Assembly (NCBI GenBank): GCA_951406725.2
Contig: OX597815.1
Span: 75,330,001 to 75,394,000, forward strand
DNA from: Octopus vulgaris
Lineage: Eukaryota
DNA length: 64,000 nucleotides
Reading direction: 5' to 3'
The position numbers and the translations under genes were made by a program. Position 1 is the stretch's first letter. Each line of letters begins with the position of its first letter. The notes beneath the pieces are model-generated. The model did not search any database. It saw nothing but the letters and a program-made list of their open reading frames with translations, and was not told where the DNA came from. Of the stretch, positions 40,716 through 55,853 are shown one piece after another.

Positions 40716-41466
40716 TATAGGCTTGTTATATTTAACTTAAAAAGAAAGAAAGAAAGAAAAGCTATTAAAACATAAATACGAGATGGCTTACTAATTTTTG
40801 AAATAACAAAGGATTGGCTTGAGATCAGTTTTCAAATTTACTATTCTCACCGTGAGCACATACGCTCCTTGTCGTACAGATTTCAATGCTTGTTGTAATC
40901 TAACTGTTCTTAAAATTTTCGTATATTGCTGTCGCCCAATCTCGTTGTGCCAATCGCTCCCTCACATCGTCTTCATTAAATCTTTCCTTGGTGGAAGTTT
41001 GTTATAATTCTGTCAGAAGTGAGCAATCTTGTTGATTAATATGCCGAAATTGCCCTGACCTTTATTGAACAGCTGATGAGGAGAGATTTGTACTCATGTT
41101 TGAAATATTTCTAGTCTTGTGTGTTTTACCTGCTATTTGTGCTTAACATATACAAGGACATGATTCACACACACAAACATAGAAACATAGAGCTGTTTGC
41201 TAACCTGTGTGTATTTATATTTACACAATACTTCTCTCAAACAAGAAAAAGAGCCACATCTATATGAAATTCATAATATTTATCACATTCGTCATAGTCT
41301 TTGTTTTATTTTTCTTCTGAACATTTATATTTTTGATATTTTTAATTAATTGATTAAATAGTTTGTTAAAAATGTTTCTTTCTCTCGAAAATCGCTCGTA
41401 AATTGATTTTCAGCCAACGCCATCTATCTACATATTAATTTAAGATTCTGCGACATCTCTTTTAAT

Positions 41467-41529
41467 TTCTTCTTCTTCTTCTTCTTCTTCTTCTTCTTCT
41501 TCTTCTTCTTCTTCTTCTTCTTCTTCTTC

Positions 41530-41622
<93 letters not shown>

Positions 41623-41634
41623 TACTACTACTAC

Positions 41635-41703
<69 letters not shown>

Positions 41704-41719
41704 CATTATTATTATTATT
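41467..41719. repeat. (TTC)n(TTA)n microsatellite
   Basis: Direct reading. Confidence 0.95.
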
Positions 41720-42917
41720 CTATAACATTTTTGGAATATCCATTTTTGGCATATTCATTATCCATTATTTTTCGGTTGATGTGGCTTTGTTACAGCTGTT
41801 TTTGTTGTTGTTACTGGTGGTGCAATGTTGGTGATGACAGTGAATACGATTGTAGTAATTGTGAAATTATAGTGTTGAGAAATGGAGGCGGTGAAGGTAA
41901 AAGTGTGTGTGACGGGTGGTGATAAATGAAGGTGATGATGAAAGAAGCAGTGCTATAAGTGATGGCGGCGGGTACGGTCTTGCTGATAGGAAATAATGTT
42001 GAATAGAGGAATAGACATTAGTGGTTATGATGATGGCGAAGATGGCGGCTATGTCGATAGTGATTGTTGGCGCAGATAAAACAGTGGTGGTTTTGGCGTC
42101 TCTCAGGGTTTCGAATTAAGGTTTATTTTACTTTCATTTACTAGTTTTATATTCTTCTAACGTTCTTGGTTCTGTATTTCCTATCCATTTAAATTCGTTT
42201 CACGTTCGACATAGCTCTCAGCACGTCGTATATGGAAAGTGCGAAAATGCATGGAGGAAAACGCAATTCTCATGTCTTTCTAGAGTGAAAAATAGGTCTT
42301 TAAAATATAAAAAAGAAAAATATCCATTTCTTTCTTTGATTGTTTGTTTTTATCTTTCAGTATCTCCGGTCACGCTAACAACTGATGTATCTCTAACTGT
42401 TTGGTTTTGGCAAGAGTGTACATTTTGACAGTTCTAACGTGTCAAATGCTTGGTGCGATGCACGGCAGTATGTCTTTGACAATATTGAAGTCTATCAAAA
42501 TCTTTACTATTTCCGCCAATCATAAGACACAAGTCGTCCCTGGAGTATTTCCCCTGAAGTGACAACTAGGCAGATGTCATGTAACAACGGAATGTATCTG
42601 CTTAGTAGTAGTTGTTGCATTTTATTTGCTTATAGTGACGTCATTGACACTCTCTCATTCTGCCAATCTGGTATTCTACATTCTTTTATCTGATATTCTG
42701 TAAATATAGTTTATCTGGTACACTGTGCCATGGTATTCTGATAATCTGATTCTTCTGCACTGATAATCGGCTAATCTGGTTTGTTTGTATACATATATAA
42801 TATATTTCGTTGTTTTCATCCAAATTCCAGCGATGGAGCTTTGTTTCTATGTTAGAAACTGTCTCTTTCCTTCTAGGAAGAATTTTAAGACGTTCATATA
42901 CATATACGTACATGTTT

Positions 42918-42979
<62 letters not shown>

Positions 42980-45419
42980 TTGTGTACGTGTATGTGTGTG
43001 TGTACAATGGCGTCTATTTGAATTTAATAACATCTATGCAAATGTATATGCACGCATACATTTTTACGTATACACATACTTGCATATATGCATTGAAACA
43101 TACATGGACACATTAATGTATACAAGAATGCCTACATACATACATACATACATACATACATACATACATACATACATACATACATACATACATACATACA
43201 TACATACATACGTACGTACGTACGTACAACGCTCATTACGTAACACTTATTATCGTTGTCCAAATTCCAACAATAGGACTTCGTTACCATGTTAGAAACA
43301 AATCGTTTTCCTTTGAGGATCTATTCTAAGAAATAAAAAAAAATGAAAATAACAAACAGACAAACTGACAGACAGAGACATATAAACACATAGACAACAA
43401 GGTTCCGCGAAGTTTCAGTCTACCAAATTCCAATCACAAGGTGTTGATTAGTAAGGTCTTTGAATTTAAACTTTGCCATGATGTTTGATAAAACCCCTTT
43501 TCTGTTATACACTACTCTAAAAAAATTTGCCCTGTGTCAGTGTAAGATATTCGTATTACGTAGTTGCAAACTGTAGCCGTTATTATCAACTAGCTTTTTA
43601 AGTAAAACAGTATCCTGGAATATTTCAGGGAAGCATACAGAAGAGCGAGAATTAAAGCAATAACGTATCTATTCTTAGTACTTTCTGGCACATTCGAACG
43701 TGAATATCTGGCTGTTATTATTTTTTGCCACCAGAGAACATCTCCCTGCAAGCATTGTGTGGTCATAATACACGTGGTTCACTGGTGTAAGGGGCTTTCG
43801 AGACACTGCAGTGTTCCGACCTCGATGTGGGTCATCTCAGTAAAACCTACCCCGCCGGACCAATGAATCTCACAAGAGCATGGGCTCTTGTTTATAGGAA
43901 TCGGCAAATTATTTTCTGATGGATTCTACATGTCTACCAAGTTAATGATGATTCATGGGGTACACGCAGAAAAGCGAGAATCCAAAAATAACGTACCTAT
44001 TCAATGTTAGTACATTCTGATAGATTCGAACGTGAATATGCTGACTGCTGTAGTTTTTCGCCACCTGAGAACACTTCCTCTCTTTAAGCTATGTGTATAC
44101 GTAACACACCTTATTCACTGGGAAGAAACTAATTAAATATTTGGTCTGCGGTCCAGCTTTATACACTCCAATATTACTGTGAGGCATGCCGTCCAAAGAT
44201 TTAAAACTTAAGTAGGTGTCTCTCTATTTCGATGAAGCTAGAGAGTTTATTGTGAGATTTAGTTGTTAAATGGATAGGTTTTACACAGCAATACTTAATC
44301 TTCCTCATTGTTTGTCATAGGAATTATTGCTAATGGTAAAGATGGCTACGATGTTAGTAGTGGTGGCCATAATGGGAAAGAGAAAAATTTTATAGAGTTA
44401 GTGGAGATATTTAGAAACATTTCTCTATTATCATTCACAAATGATTCAAATGACAATTTATATTTCCAACTCGCCTCTCCTTATTTTTTTATGACATTAG
44501 ACCTTTAAAATTCTCTACGCACGAAATCTGAGATAATTGTCACTATTTTCAACAACAAATGATAAGATCTTCGTGAGGGATATGGATTTATCTGTAAATC
44601 TTAGTTCAGTGTCGTGAGCACCATTAGGGGAGAGGAAAGCTTACGATACCTCCAAGTAAAAAAAAAATAAATAAAATAAAACCCTGAAAACATGACAAAG
44701 GCCTTGATAAAATGAGTTGTGGTCCCGGTTTCAATTTTAGTTTGAAACCTCTTCATTTCGTTAATAATGCCTTTTACGGAAAAAATATTAAACTTTCTCG
44801 TCAGAAATCCTGTTTCTTTTATCAAGATGCCTTAGACTTTCATCAAAGTATTTGTCCCTATGAAAGTAATTGATTTAATTACAAATACAACAGCAATAAT
44901 AGTAAAAGCAATCAAACAACTGAGTAAAAACAGAAAAAAAAAACCGGCAAAGAATGGAAACAAAGACGAACGGAGAAATAAAGTGAAAGTCTAAGACAGA
45001 ATTAAAGAAGAAAAGGGAGGAGATAAAAAGAAAAACATTGAAAAGAAGAAAGAAAAACAAAATGTATAAGTACAGGAAACAAAAAGTAAAACAAAACGGA
45101 AACATATGTGTGTGTGTGTATGTGTGTGTGTGTGTGTATCTTTAGCGATGCAGGTGGTCAGATATATATATATATATATATATATATGAGCACCTGCATC
45201 GCTAAAAACAGAAGTCAAAAATACTTCTGCGCCACGATAAATACCAGGATAAATACCAGACTTAGAATAAGTACTAACGTCGTTTTCTTCTCATAAACCA
45301 TTCAAGGCAAGACCCCCAGCTTGGCCGCAGCTTAATGATTGAAACAAACAAAGGAGTTGACGAAAGAATATATGTGTGTGTATATATATATATATCCATC
45401 ATAAATATATATATGTATT

Positions 45420-45461
<42 letters not shown>

Positions 45462-45464
<3 letters not shown>

Positions 45465-46126
45465 GGTCGGTGAATACATTAGCGTCTGAGTTACGCAAAA
45501 ATGAAAATAACACTGACATCTCAACCATTGCTACCAGACGACTTTGGAATCTCCTGCAAATCTTCTGGACGGTCTCCTTGCTTAAGTTGGTTAATGCTGC
45601 CATAATCCGTGACTTTAGTTCATCTTTGGTGTTACAAAGAGTTCTGTTGGTCTCTCATTCCACTGCACCCTACAAATAATAATCAAGGAGGTTGCAGTCT
45701 GGGGAGTTAGGTGGCCAGATGTTAGGGGTAATGTGGTCGCAGAAATTGTCTGACAGCCACCCACTTCACCCAGGCCTCCGTGTTGTGTCTGAGGCCGTGT
45801 AAAATGGCCATCACCAGTGAGCACTCCAAACACCATCATGTTGACTGGATGTCTGATTTTTATTACTCTTGGTACATGTTCTGGGGACACAGCAAGCCAA
45901 CGGTTGTTCTGTGTGTTCACCATCTGTTTGTTTTGGAGCTTCCGGCGCGAGAGCCAAGCAATACAGCATGTCGTTTCCAAATTTCTGGCAGAGTGAACTG
46001 CGTCATGGTGCTGCTGTTTTTCTCACAGACGGTGCCCAGCTGACCCGACTAAACTGTATAGTCGGCAAAAAAAACAATGCACGAAATGAAAAATATAAAA
46101 TGGCGTCAATTTACCCACGCACCCTG
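45462..46126 (-). mobile_element. Internally deleted Tc1/mariner (maT-like) element
   Basis: TA-CAGGGT...ACCCTG-TA ends. Minus-strand NTQNNRW, MMVFGV and WPPNSPDCNLLDY motifs. Confidence 0.8.
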
Positions 46127-46562
46127 TATGCATACATACATACATGCATACATACATACATACATACATACATACATACATACATACATACATACATACA
46201 TACATACATACATACATACATACGTACGTACGTACGTACGTACGTACGTACGTACATACATACATACATACATACATACATACATACATACATACATACA
46301 TACATACATACATACATACAATGAAATGATTACTAAGAAGCATTGAAATGCGGTGAAATGCTTAACGGTATTTCGTCTGCCGCTACGTTCTGAGTTCAAA
46401 TTCCGCCGAGGTCGACTTTGCCTTTCATCCTTTCGGGGTCGATAAATTAAGCACCAGTTACGCACTGGGGTCGATGTAATCGACTTAATCCCTTTGTCTG
46501 CCCTTGTTTGTCCCCTCTATGTTTAGCCCCTTGTGGGCAATAAAGAAATAAGCATTGTGTAG

Positions 46563-46889
46563 AATATATTGCATAAAAGATTGTGGGTAAGTAAATGCAA
46601 GGTAAATCACAAGAAAACAAATATGTGAATTAATGTAGACTTACCTTGTATTCAATATTTCGGGGTTATGACCCCATTTTCAAGAAATTGACGAATGTTG
46701 TCGATGTGCGTGTGGGGACACTGTAAGTCAACGGTTGTTCTGTGTGTTCACTATCTGTTTGTTTTGGAGCTTCAGGCTCGAATGCCAAGCAGTACATTGG
46801 CAACATACTAGGTAAGTCTACATTAATTCACATATTTGTTTTCTTGTGATTTACTTCGCACTGCCTTGGCCTTACCCACGATCCTTTAT

Positions 46890-46897
<8 letters not shown>
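46563..46897. mobile_element. MITE-like element with ~90-bp inverted arms enclosing a fragment of the adjacent transposase
   Basis: GTAAATCACAAGAAAACAAATATGTGAATTAATGTAGACTTACC occurs with its reverse complement. Internal ACGGTTGTTCTGTGTGTTCAC..GGAGCTTC matches ~45900-45942. Confidence 0.65.
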
Positions 46898-46943
<46 letters not shown>

Positions 46944-47170
46944 AAAATGAGATGAAGGAATAAATGATTATCATATGAACTTCATTAGCTTAGAGCTGTT
47001 TCACTGCATCTTATAAAAGAAACAGCTATAAGCTTATGAAGTTCTTAAAATAATCTATTTATTTGTTATCTCATTTTCTTATTACCGTTCTGTATTCGAC
47101 TAACGCTTCGTTCTGGGGCATATGTTTATTGAGTTCTATACCAAGTTATTAGTCTCGTAATTCCTAAGTG

Positions 47171-47202
<32 letters not shown>

Positions 47203-47204
47203 CC

Positions 47205-47257
<53 letters not shown>

Positions 47258-47739
47258 AACAAGCATGTGCTTTAGTCTGACGCCCGGGAAAGTGAGAAAG
47301 TCTTTTACGTTTCGAGCCAATGCTCTTCAACAGAAGGGAACACGAGGAAATAAACAGAGAGAATTAAAAAAAAAACTTTTGGAGTTAGCGGTCAATAATG
47401 CTTGTATTATACATTACTTTCTACAATGAGCACGAAGCCTGATATTTTGGCGGGAGGGGACTAGTCGACGACATCGACCCCAGTGCTCAAATGGATTTAT
47501 TTTATCGACCCCGAAAGGATGAAAGGGAATTTCCTCAGAACATAAAGACAGGAAATTCCGTTAAGTATTCTGCCAGCTCTCCGCCTTATGTGAAATTGCA
47601 TATCAAGACTACAAAAATGATGGATTATTCAATACTTTTCAGTAGAGTATATTGAGTGCCTTGTTTATTAAACTTGCATTATGTAAAGTTTGACAGAGAC
47701 TTCGAAGTTTCGACATTTCCCCCTTTGTCATACTATATG

Positions 47740-47770
<31 letters not shown>

Positions 47771-47783
47771 GCGTATGTGTTTA

Positions 47784-47827
<44 letters not shown>

Positions 47828-47868
47828 TCGGCATGTTGGTGTCTTTTAGACACCCTCATTTTTAATTG

Positions 47869-47903
<35 letters not shown>

Positions 47904-47914
47904 CATATACATAC

Positions 47915-47984
<70 letters not shown>

Positions 47985-47987
<3 letters not shown>

Positions 47988-48152
47988 AAGTTTGAAAACG
48001 CCACTATATAAGATAAATTTTAATTTTCTTAGAAATTTTACATGTTTCGGTTCTTCTTGAAAAAGAAGTTCTTTTTTCAAGAAGAACCGAAACATGTAAA
48101 ATTTCTAAGAAAATTAAAATTTATCTTATATAGTGGCGTTTTCAAACTTCTT
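47985..48152. repeat. Perfect ~80-bp-arm palindrome next to (TA)n
   Basis: AAGAAGTTTGAAAACGCCAC... / ...GTGGCGTTTTCAAACTTCTT; contains GAAACATGTA. Confidence 0.9.
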
Positions 48153-49487
48153 TTTTATAAATATATACCCACTCGTATACGACCTACACTTATTATAAAT
48201 ATATATATATACGTGCGCGCAGAAAGACAGAGGGATAGATAGAGACAGATCAACAACGTGCGTGAGAGAAGGAAATAATGTAAAACAAAATATGAAAAAA
48301 GAAACTGAAAATACAAGAAAGAAATGAAGAAAAGAAAGGAGGAAAAGAGCCAGCAAATAAAATTAAACTACAATACAAAAGAAAAAGAAGGAAAAATCAA
48401 CAAAAAATACAGTAAAGAAAGATAGAAAGAGAAAACGAAAGAAAGACAACAAAGGAAAGAGAGAAAACGAAAGAAAGACAACAAAGAAAAGAGAGAAAAG
48501 AAAGAGTATTTGCAGAATAAAGCGTGACAAATGATTTCATTGAGAAAGGGGACGTGTCTAAACCAACGTTTATTGTTGCAGGTGAAGTCTAGATGTCATG
48601 ATTGGCTTTTATGTAAAGTTTTTAGCATTTTTTACAACATCGTCAATTGGCTGGTTGTTTTGACGGCGGCACACTTTAAACACTATAAACATTATAAATA
48701 CGTCGTAAAGTGTGAAGGGCAGGCGACCCGGTGTGGCTGTAACAATGAGAAATGTCACCAGGAAGCGACCTACTGGAGCGAAAAGTTCAATGAATGAAAA
48801 CGGTCACACACATGCGCATCGCACACGCAAATACGCCCACACGCCCACACAGACACACGTACACGCAAACGCACAAACGTACAAGAATACGAATGCAGTA
48901 ACATACACATGTAGGCTCATACACTCGCTCCCACATACATGTACACTGACACGCATATAGATATACATGCACTAACGCTTGCACATATATAAACACATTC
49001 ACACGAATGTACAAATACATACGCAATGCACGCAAGCATGTATTATTTGCACAAGTCATATACAAACTCACTAAAACGACAAAATTCAAATAATTATGTT
49101 TGTTTGTGTGTGTGATACGCGAGCAAGCCGAAACCTTTTTATTGTAAATATTCTATTGGAAATCTTTCGGTTCAATGTTAAATTGTTTTTATTCATAACT
49201 TGACATAAAACGAATATATATATATACATACATATATGTATGTATGTATGCGTGTGTGTTTGTGTGTCTGTGTTTGTCGCTTCCCCCCATTGCTTGATAA
49301 CCGATGCTAGTGTGTTTACGTCCCCGTTGCTTAGCGGTTCAGCAAAATAGACTGATAGACTAAGTACTAGGCTTACAAAGAGTAAGTCCTGGGGTCTATT
49401 TGCTTGACTAAAACGGCAGTGCTCCAGCATGGCCGCAGTCAAATGATTGAAACAAATAAAAGAATAAAAGAAAAAAAAGAATATATA

Positions 49488-49719
49488 CAGGGTTGGCTAA
49501 AAGTCACTTGACAGTAAATCAAACTCGTTGAATTCCAAGATTAAAACAATAAGTTATTTTATATGAAACTTTGCTAATAAATAGACAAATGTTGAGCAAA
49601 AAGGGTGATTTTAACTCACAGCGTCCAATTATTAAATATTCGTAATTGGAATAATAAATAGAATTGAATATTTATGAATTTTTTTTTATTTACTGTCGGG
49701 TGACTTTTGGCCAACCCTG
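49488..49719. mobile_element. Tc1/mariner-type MITE
   Basis: ~30-bp TIRs CAGGGTTGGCTAAAAGTCAC / GTGACTTTTGGCCAACCCTG with TA flanks. Confidence 0.85.
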
Positions 49720-49721
49720 TA

Positions 49722-49762
<41 letters not shown>

Positions 49763-50196
49763 AGTATATTGATACCTCTTAAAAGATGTTCGTTTATGAT
49801 GTGATTTTTATATGTCTAATTCTCAACCTGAGGAAAGGTGCAATTTTAAATTTTAATTTATTAATTTGTAATTAAGTATGGAAACAAATTGTAGGCTACA
49901 GAGAATTTGGCAATAGGTTAATAAATTTAATCAGTTAAAACTCTCTATTTTCTCCTTGTAATATATGTATATATATATACTCGTTTTTTCTCTCTCTCTC
50001 TCTCTCTCTCGCTGGCTCTCTCTTTCTTTCTCTCTCCCCCTCTCTCCCTTTCCTTTCCCTCTTATCCCTTTCTGCCGAAGGGGGCAGGCTCGAAACGTCA
50101 AAGACTTTTCCATTTTCCCTGAGCGTCAAACAAATACCCTTGCTTGTTGTTCCTTCACCTGTCTCTGTCTTTTGTTTACTGTACATTTGAACTCTG

Positions 50197-50242
<46 letters not shown>

Positions 50243-52641
50243 TGTGTGTACGTGTGCGTGTGTGTGTGAGTGTGCGTGTGCGCCTGTGTGTCTGTGTCTG
50301 TTTATGTTACGATAAACACAATTTTACATTAAATCGAAGGGTTACTCAATACATTTGGTAGAGTACAAATTTATTATTCTTGTTAGAGAATAATATTGAC
50401 AAGAATAATATTGAGAGTGACTTCGGCCAGCTACACCATCAGTGGAATGTGATTCATTTAAATTCATCATGGCTTTTTATAGTCTCTGTTCAGTTAAAAA
50501 TTCTCTCTGGTGACCTGAGTTCCGTTGAATGGTAATAATGCTAAATGGTAGGTTGCAGTAACCACGTAGTATGGAAACTGTTTATTGATCAAACATGGAG
50601 AAGTGTGTTAGAAAATTCCTAACCTAACAGAAACTACATAAGGCTAAGATGAACTTAAATGAATGACAGTCCAATGATGGTTTAGTTTATCGAAACTTCG
50701 AAGTCACTGTCAATACTATTTTTGCTAAAGAATTTTATATATATATATATGCTGTGAGGACCTCGGAGTAACTATGAAGTTTCAACGTCAAATCAGTTAC
50801 TTCACTCTAAAGTACTGAATACTCTCTTTTTCTAACACTCATGTATTTACATAAACCCATACACGCGCACACACACACATTCACACATGTCATATTGTAT
50901 AGATTCGCGTCGATCGATATCTTTTAAGTCAAATTAAGTAAACGGGAAATTGTGCAGGGTTCATATGCTGACAGTTTTGTAAGGAGATTCATGTTGTATG
51001 GTTTGCTGACGTCGTGGACAAGAACACTGTTTTCACCAATTTCTCGTGAACGAGATCCCACTGGTTAGTAATATAGGAGAGTAGATTTCCCGTAGACCTG
51101 AAGTGGATTGTTTCAGGTAAAAGGAGTCACGTTGTTAGGGACAGTGAACTTGTTGGTTTCAAGTGATCAGAGCTACTTTTATATTTATTGTGTGTGCACA
51201 TGGTGAAGACCTAGTGGATTGAAAAAGATAATTTGGGAAGAGATTTTGCTGATGGTTGCAGTGGCGAGTTGGATGCAAAAGAGACAGTGAATATAGAAAG
51301 TTTGATTGCAGAAGTACTGATCAGATAATCGCTTTGTTTGAGAAATTAAGGAAATGAGGACCCCACAAAAGTTGTTAAAGATTCTTTTAGTAAAAGAATA
51401 AAAGAATCGGTTGCAGTCTGGAAAACGGCAGAGCTTGGAGGTTGTGAGATGTATGGAAACATACTTCGCATTTTGAATGATGCTCGCGAAGGAGTTGAGG
51501 TGCTGGACATGAGCTGCTCAGTTCGTATAGTATTGATTTAATATATAAAATTGCGGTTCGGCAAATGTGACCTCAACGATAATAATGAAATTGAAAGCAA
51601 GTACTGGGGATCGATCTGATCGAATCCTACAAAGTGCTAGTCTAGCATGTCCGCGGTCCAATGACTGAAACAAGTAAAAAACTACAATACACAGAGACAC
51701 AGACAGCTGTCGCTAATTTAAATGCTTTTTCTGTGTTATTATTATATAATACTTTTGTGTTTACTATAACATACATACATACATACATACATACATACAT
51801 ACATACATACATACATACATACATACATACATACATACATACATACATACATACATACATGGTGGTTGTCTACTCCTCATGCAGAGTTTGACCCCCTCTT
51901 GTACTTACCCATTAGATCTATCATGGCGTCTGATGTGGGTTTTTTAAAACCAGACAACGTTTTGAAAAGATACCCATGTAAATTGCATATCTACTTTGGA
52001 CCATCAAGAGTTGCAGTTAAGTTCTGATCTTTGTGGATCATAAAATGTCTTTTGAGGCCTCTGTTAGATTTACAGACCTTATGGCATATATGACATTGAC
52101 AGGTATACACAGATATACATACATACAAATATACATGCACCTTACAAATTTACATTTATAACAGTAATAATTGGTTCGGTTAGTTTTGTAAGAAAAATGC
52201 TTAACTGTCAGTCTGGATAAGCTTAGATTTTCAACCAACTGACTCGCACATTACAAATAAAATCTGTAAGCGGAACAGCAAAACTTTGCAAGACTTTTCT
52301 CGGTTTTAAAACGTGACATCGTTTTGGTTATCTACATTCCAACGATGGAACTTTGTATCTTTGTTAGAAAACAGCTCCTTCTTCAAAGGAAATTTCTAGA
52401 CAAATTTAAAACAGACAAGAACATACATACATGTATGTATATATATATAATAGAAATATGTTACAATAAGAAAATATAAACTACACGTGAAAATGTAAGG
52501 GGAAAGTAAGAAAAATCAACAAAAATGCACATTGTGAATAAAAAAAGGAAAAGCTTTTTATGAAAGGTAACGACAGATATATACAATTAGATGAACTGAC
52601 ACACATACATGTACAAACATACATACATACATACATGCATA

Positions 52642-52738
<97 letters not shown>

Positions 52739-53365
52739 ATATACATGAATGACCGAAGTTGAAAACAATCAGATTAGATTAAACGGTAGTGAAAATTCAC
52801 TCAATATTTTAATATATATAAGGCAGTGAGCAGGGAGAATCGTTAGCATGCCGGGCAAAATGTTTAGCGGCATTTCGTCCGTCATTAGGTTCTGAGTTCG
52901 AATTCTGAGGTCGGCTTTGCCTTTTATCGTCTCGGGTCTACAATATAAGTACCAGTTGAGCACTCGGGTCGATATAAAAATTTGAAACCGATATTTTAAT
53001 ACATATCTTTCATCGCTTTTCTTTTATTCTTGACTTATTTTTCCTTATCCAGTTCCCCAATCCCCAACCAACCTCTTTTCTTTCAATTTCTGTATTTCAT
53101 CCTATCACATCGTTCTTTTTTGCTGAAGATATTGTTGTTGTTGTTATTTGACCCAAGGTAGGTCCTGTTTGAGTAGGACTATGATCAAAGGTATTCCAGC
53201 ATAGATCAACTCTTTTATCTAGAAGTATATAGACTACATTGTACAATGTCACGTTTCTTTACTTGGAATGGTAGGATGCAATTTGAGATAATTTTGTTGT
53301 TATGTCTAGTGGACAGGGACCACGTTGGCGAGTATTTCTTTTCCGTTCAATTTTTCCGATGTGGT

Positions 53366-53481
53366 CTTCTTCTTCTTCTTCTTCTTCTTCTTCTTCTTCT
53401 TCTTCTTCTTCTTCTTCTTCTTCTTCTTCTTCTTCTTCTTCTTCTTCTTCTTCTTCTTCTTCTTCTTCTTCTTCTTCTTCT
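53366..53481. repeat. (TCT)n microsatellite
   Basis: Direct reading. Confidence 0.95.
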
Positions 53482-54429
53482 CCACACTTGCCCTCTCCTT
53501 CCCTGACCCCGTCAACTATTGACAAATTTGTATCGGCTGAGTGAGCTTGAAACAAATCCGTATCGGAAGTCACTGTGCTCCCTTTACGAACCTAACTGCA
53601 GTTTATGTTGCGTGAAAGCTGGCAGCTACAGTTCGTCTCGTGAAGAAGAAGGTTCTGCTCAAAAATTGACTGTTGCAACATTTAATCACGTTTTATATTG
53701 CTTCTGTCTTCCTTCAGATCTTTTTCTCTTTCTTCTTTAATTCTTTTATTATATATATTTTTTCTTTCTCTCTGACACTTACGCATACGATTAGCTGCAG
53801 TGTAGGCACACGCGCGCCCACATGCACACACATATGCACTACAAATACACACACACATGCACAAAAACAAGCATACACATGCAGACACACATACACACAA
53901 ACAAATACACACACTCAAAGATATAGACGCTCACAACACACATATCCACATGCACACTCAAAGACACACGCACACACTTAAAGACACACGCACACACTCA
54001 AAGACACACGCACACACTCAAAGACACACGCACACACTCAAAGACAATGTCACAGATACAAATCACCCGGGCACTCACACCCACAGAGTCAAAGTGTTTG
54101 TCCCTCTTTTCATATCTAACCTCCGTCTTCCTCTCACATGCTAATAAGCCCTCTTTCACACACACACACACACTAACACGTAATGTCTTCTATATAACAA
54201 CTTACACTCTATTTCCCTCTACCTGTTTCTATCTCTCTATCTCTCTGTCCCCTCTTTCTCTCTCCCTCCTAATATCCCTTTCAAGCTCCCTCCCACCCAT
54301 GCTGCTGGCTTCACAGTAATTCATGAGGCAGAGCCCAAATGCATTGATTAACAGCAATCCGCTTTTGTGACCTTTCATATTTAAATTCCAAATTGACTTC
54401 CGTTACGAAACAAGCAGCTACGGAAAGTC

Positions 54430-54472
<43 letters not shown>

Positions 54473-54919
54473 CATTTATTTTTTTCTCCACTTTTTTTTA
54501 AATGTTATGTTTTCCCTTTCTTTTGCTAATAGGGAGGGTGAGGTTGTATTGGTTAGTTGAAGCTACGTACCATTATGCCGGTAATATCGGGTCTTATTCT
54601 ATTGAAACAACAGCGTGCAATGTTCACAACCGACACCTTTGACTTCCTCTTCTGTTTTCTCTTCCTCCATATTTCTTCCTCCCCTACTCTCTCTCTACCC
54701 TCTTCCTCTTTCTCTTTCTCTCTTTAGAGGGATCGATTTATTATTGCCCGTTTTAACACGAAAACAATGAAGGTAAAACGGGTCTGGTAGCTAATGTTTC
54801 GATCGTTTTGCTTTGCCATGTCTTTTTTGTATGCACACACACTCACACACACACACACACACATATAAAAATATATATATGTACATACACACACACACAT
54901 ATATAAATAAATATATGTA

Positions 54920-54951
<32 letters not shown>

Positions 54952-55691
54952 CACACACACACACACACACACATACCTTTTTTATGTTTGAAATCACAGA
55001 AAATCTTGGCAAGCAAAGCAGTAGTCCACATGACGTTAAAGAATATTACCCGCAACAACAACAACAATTCCCAGAAGGGTTTATTTTATTCTATGTTGTT
55101 TATGCATCTACGCCTTTATTATTTTTATTATTTCATTTTGGATGTTTCTGCTCTTTCGAAGGTTATATCATTATGGAGAAGAAATATTATCTCGCAGTAA
55201 GGAAGAAATTGTCTTTATCTCAAGACTTCTAAACTATTTCTATTTTGCTGTCGTTCTTGTTTGTTTCCGTATGTCGGCTGAGGTCGATCAATGGCTGGGT
55301 TCATGTAAAAGTTGAATAAGTAATGTGTGTGCGTGTGTATCGTTGGATAGATAGAAAGATAGATAGACGTGTGTATATAGTATATACAAACTCTCACACA
55401 CACCCACAGCCACACCTGCAAACACACAAACACATATGTCTATAGGTAGATGCCAGTGAAAGTTTTCTGCTTTGACCATGCGCACAGGCCGCCTTAGGGT
55501 GATGGTCATTGTCCAGAGACAAAAGAAGCGACAAGGCATAAATTAATGTTTGTTTTTATGTTATAATACAAAAAAATTTACAATGATTTGGAGGATTACT
55601 CAATCACTTGTTAAAGAACAAATTTATTATTCTTTAAGTGAGAATAGTATTGACATTGACTTCGTAGTTTTGGCCAGCTAAGCAATCATAG

Positions 55692-55782
<91 letters not shown>

Positions 55783-55816
55783 GATAGATAGATACATACA
55801 TATCTCCATAAATATT

Positions 55817-55853
<37 letters not shown>

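Noticed and set aside
41068-41120. CTGATGAGG...TGAAAT possible hammerhead
   Set aside because: Stems I and III cannot be formed convincingly.
45141-45205. 20-bp inverted repeat around a (TA)n tract
   Set aside because: Real but too short to assign; probably a microsatellite-associated fold-back.
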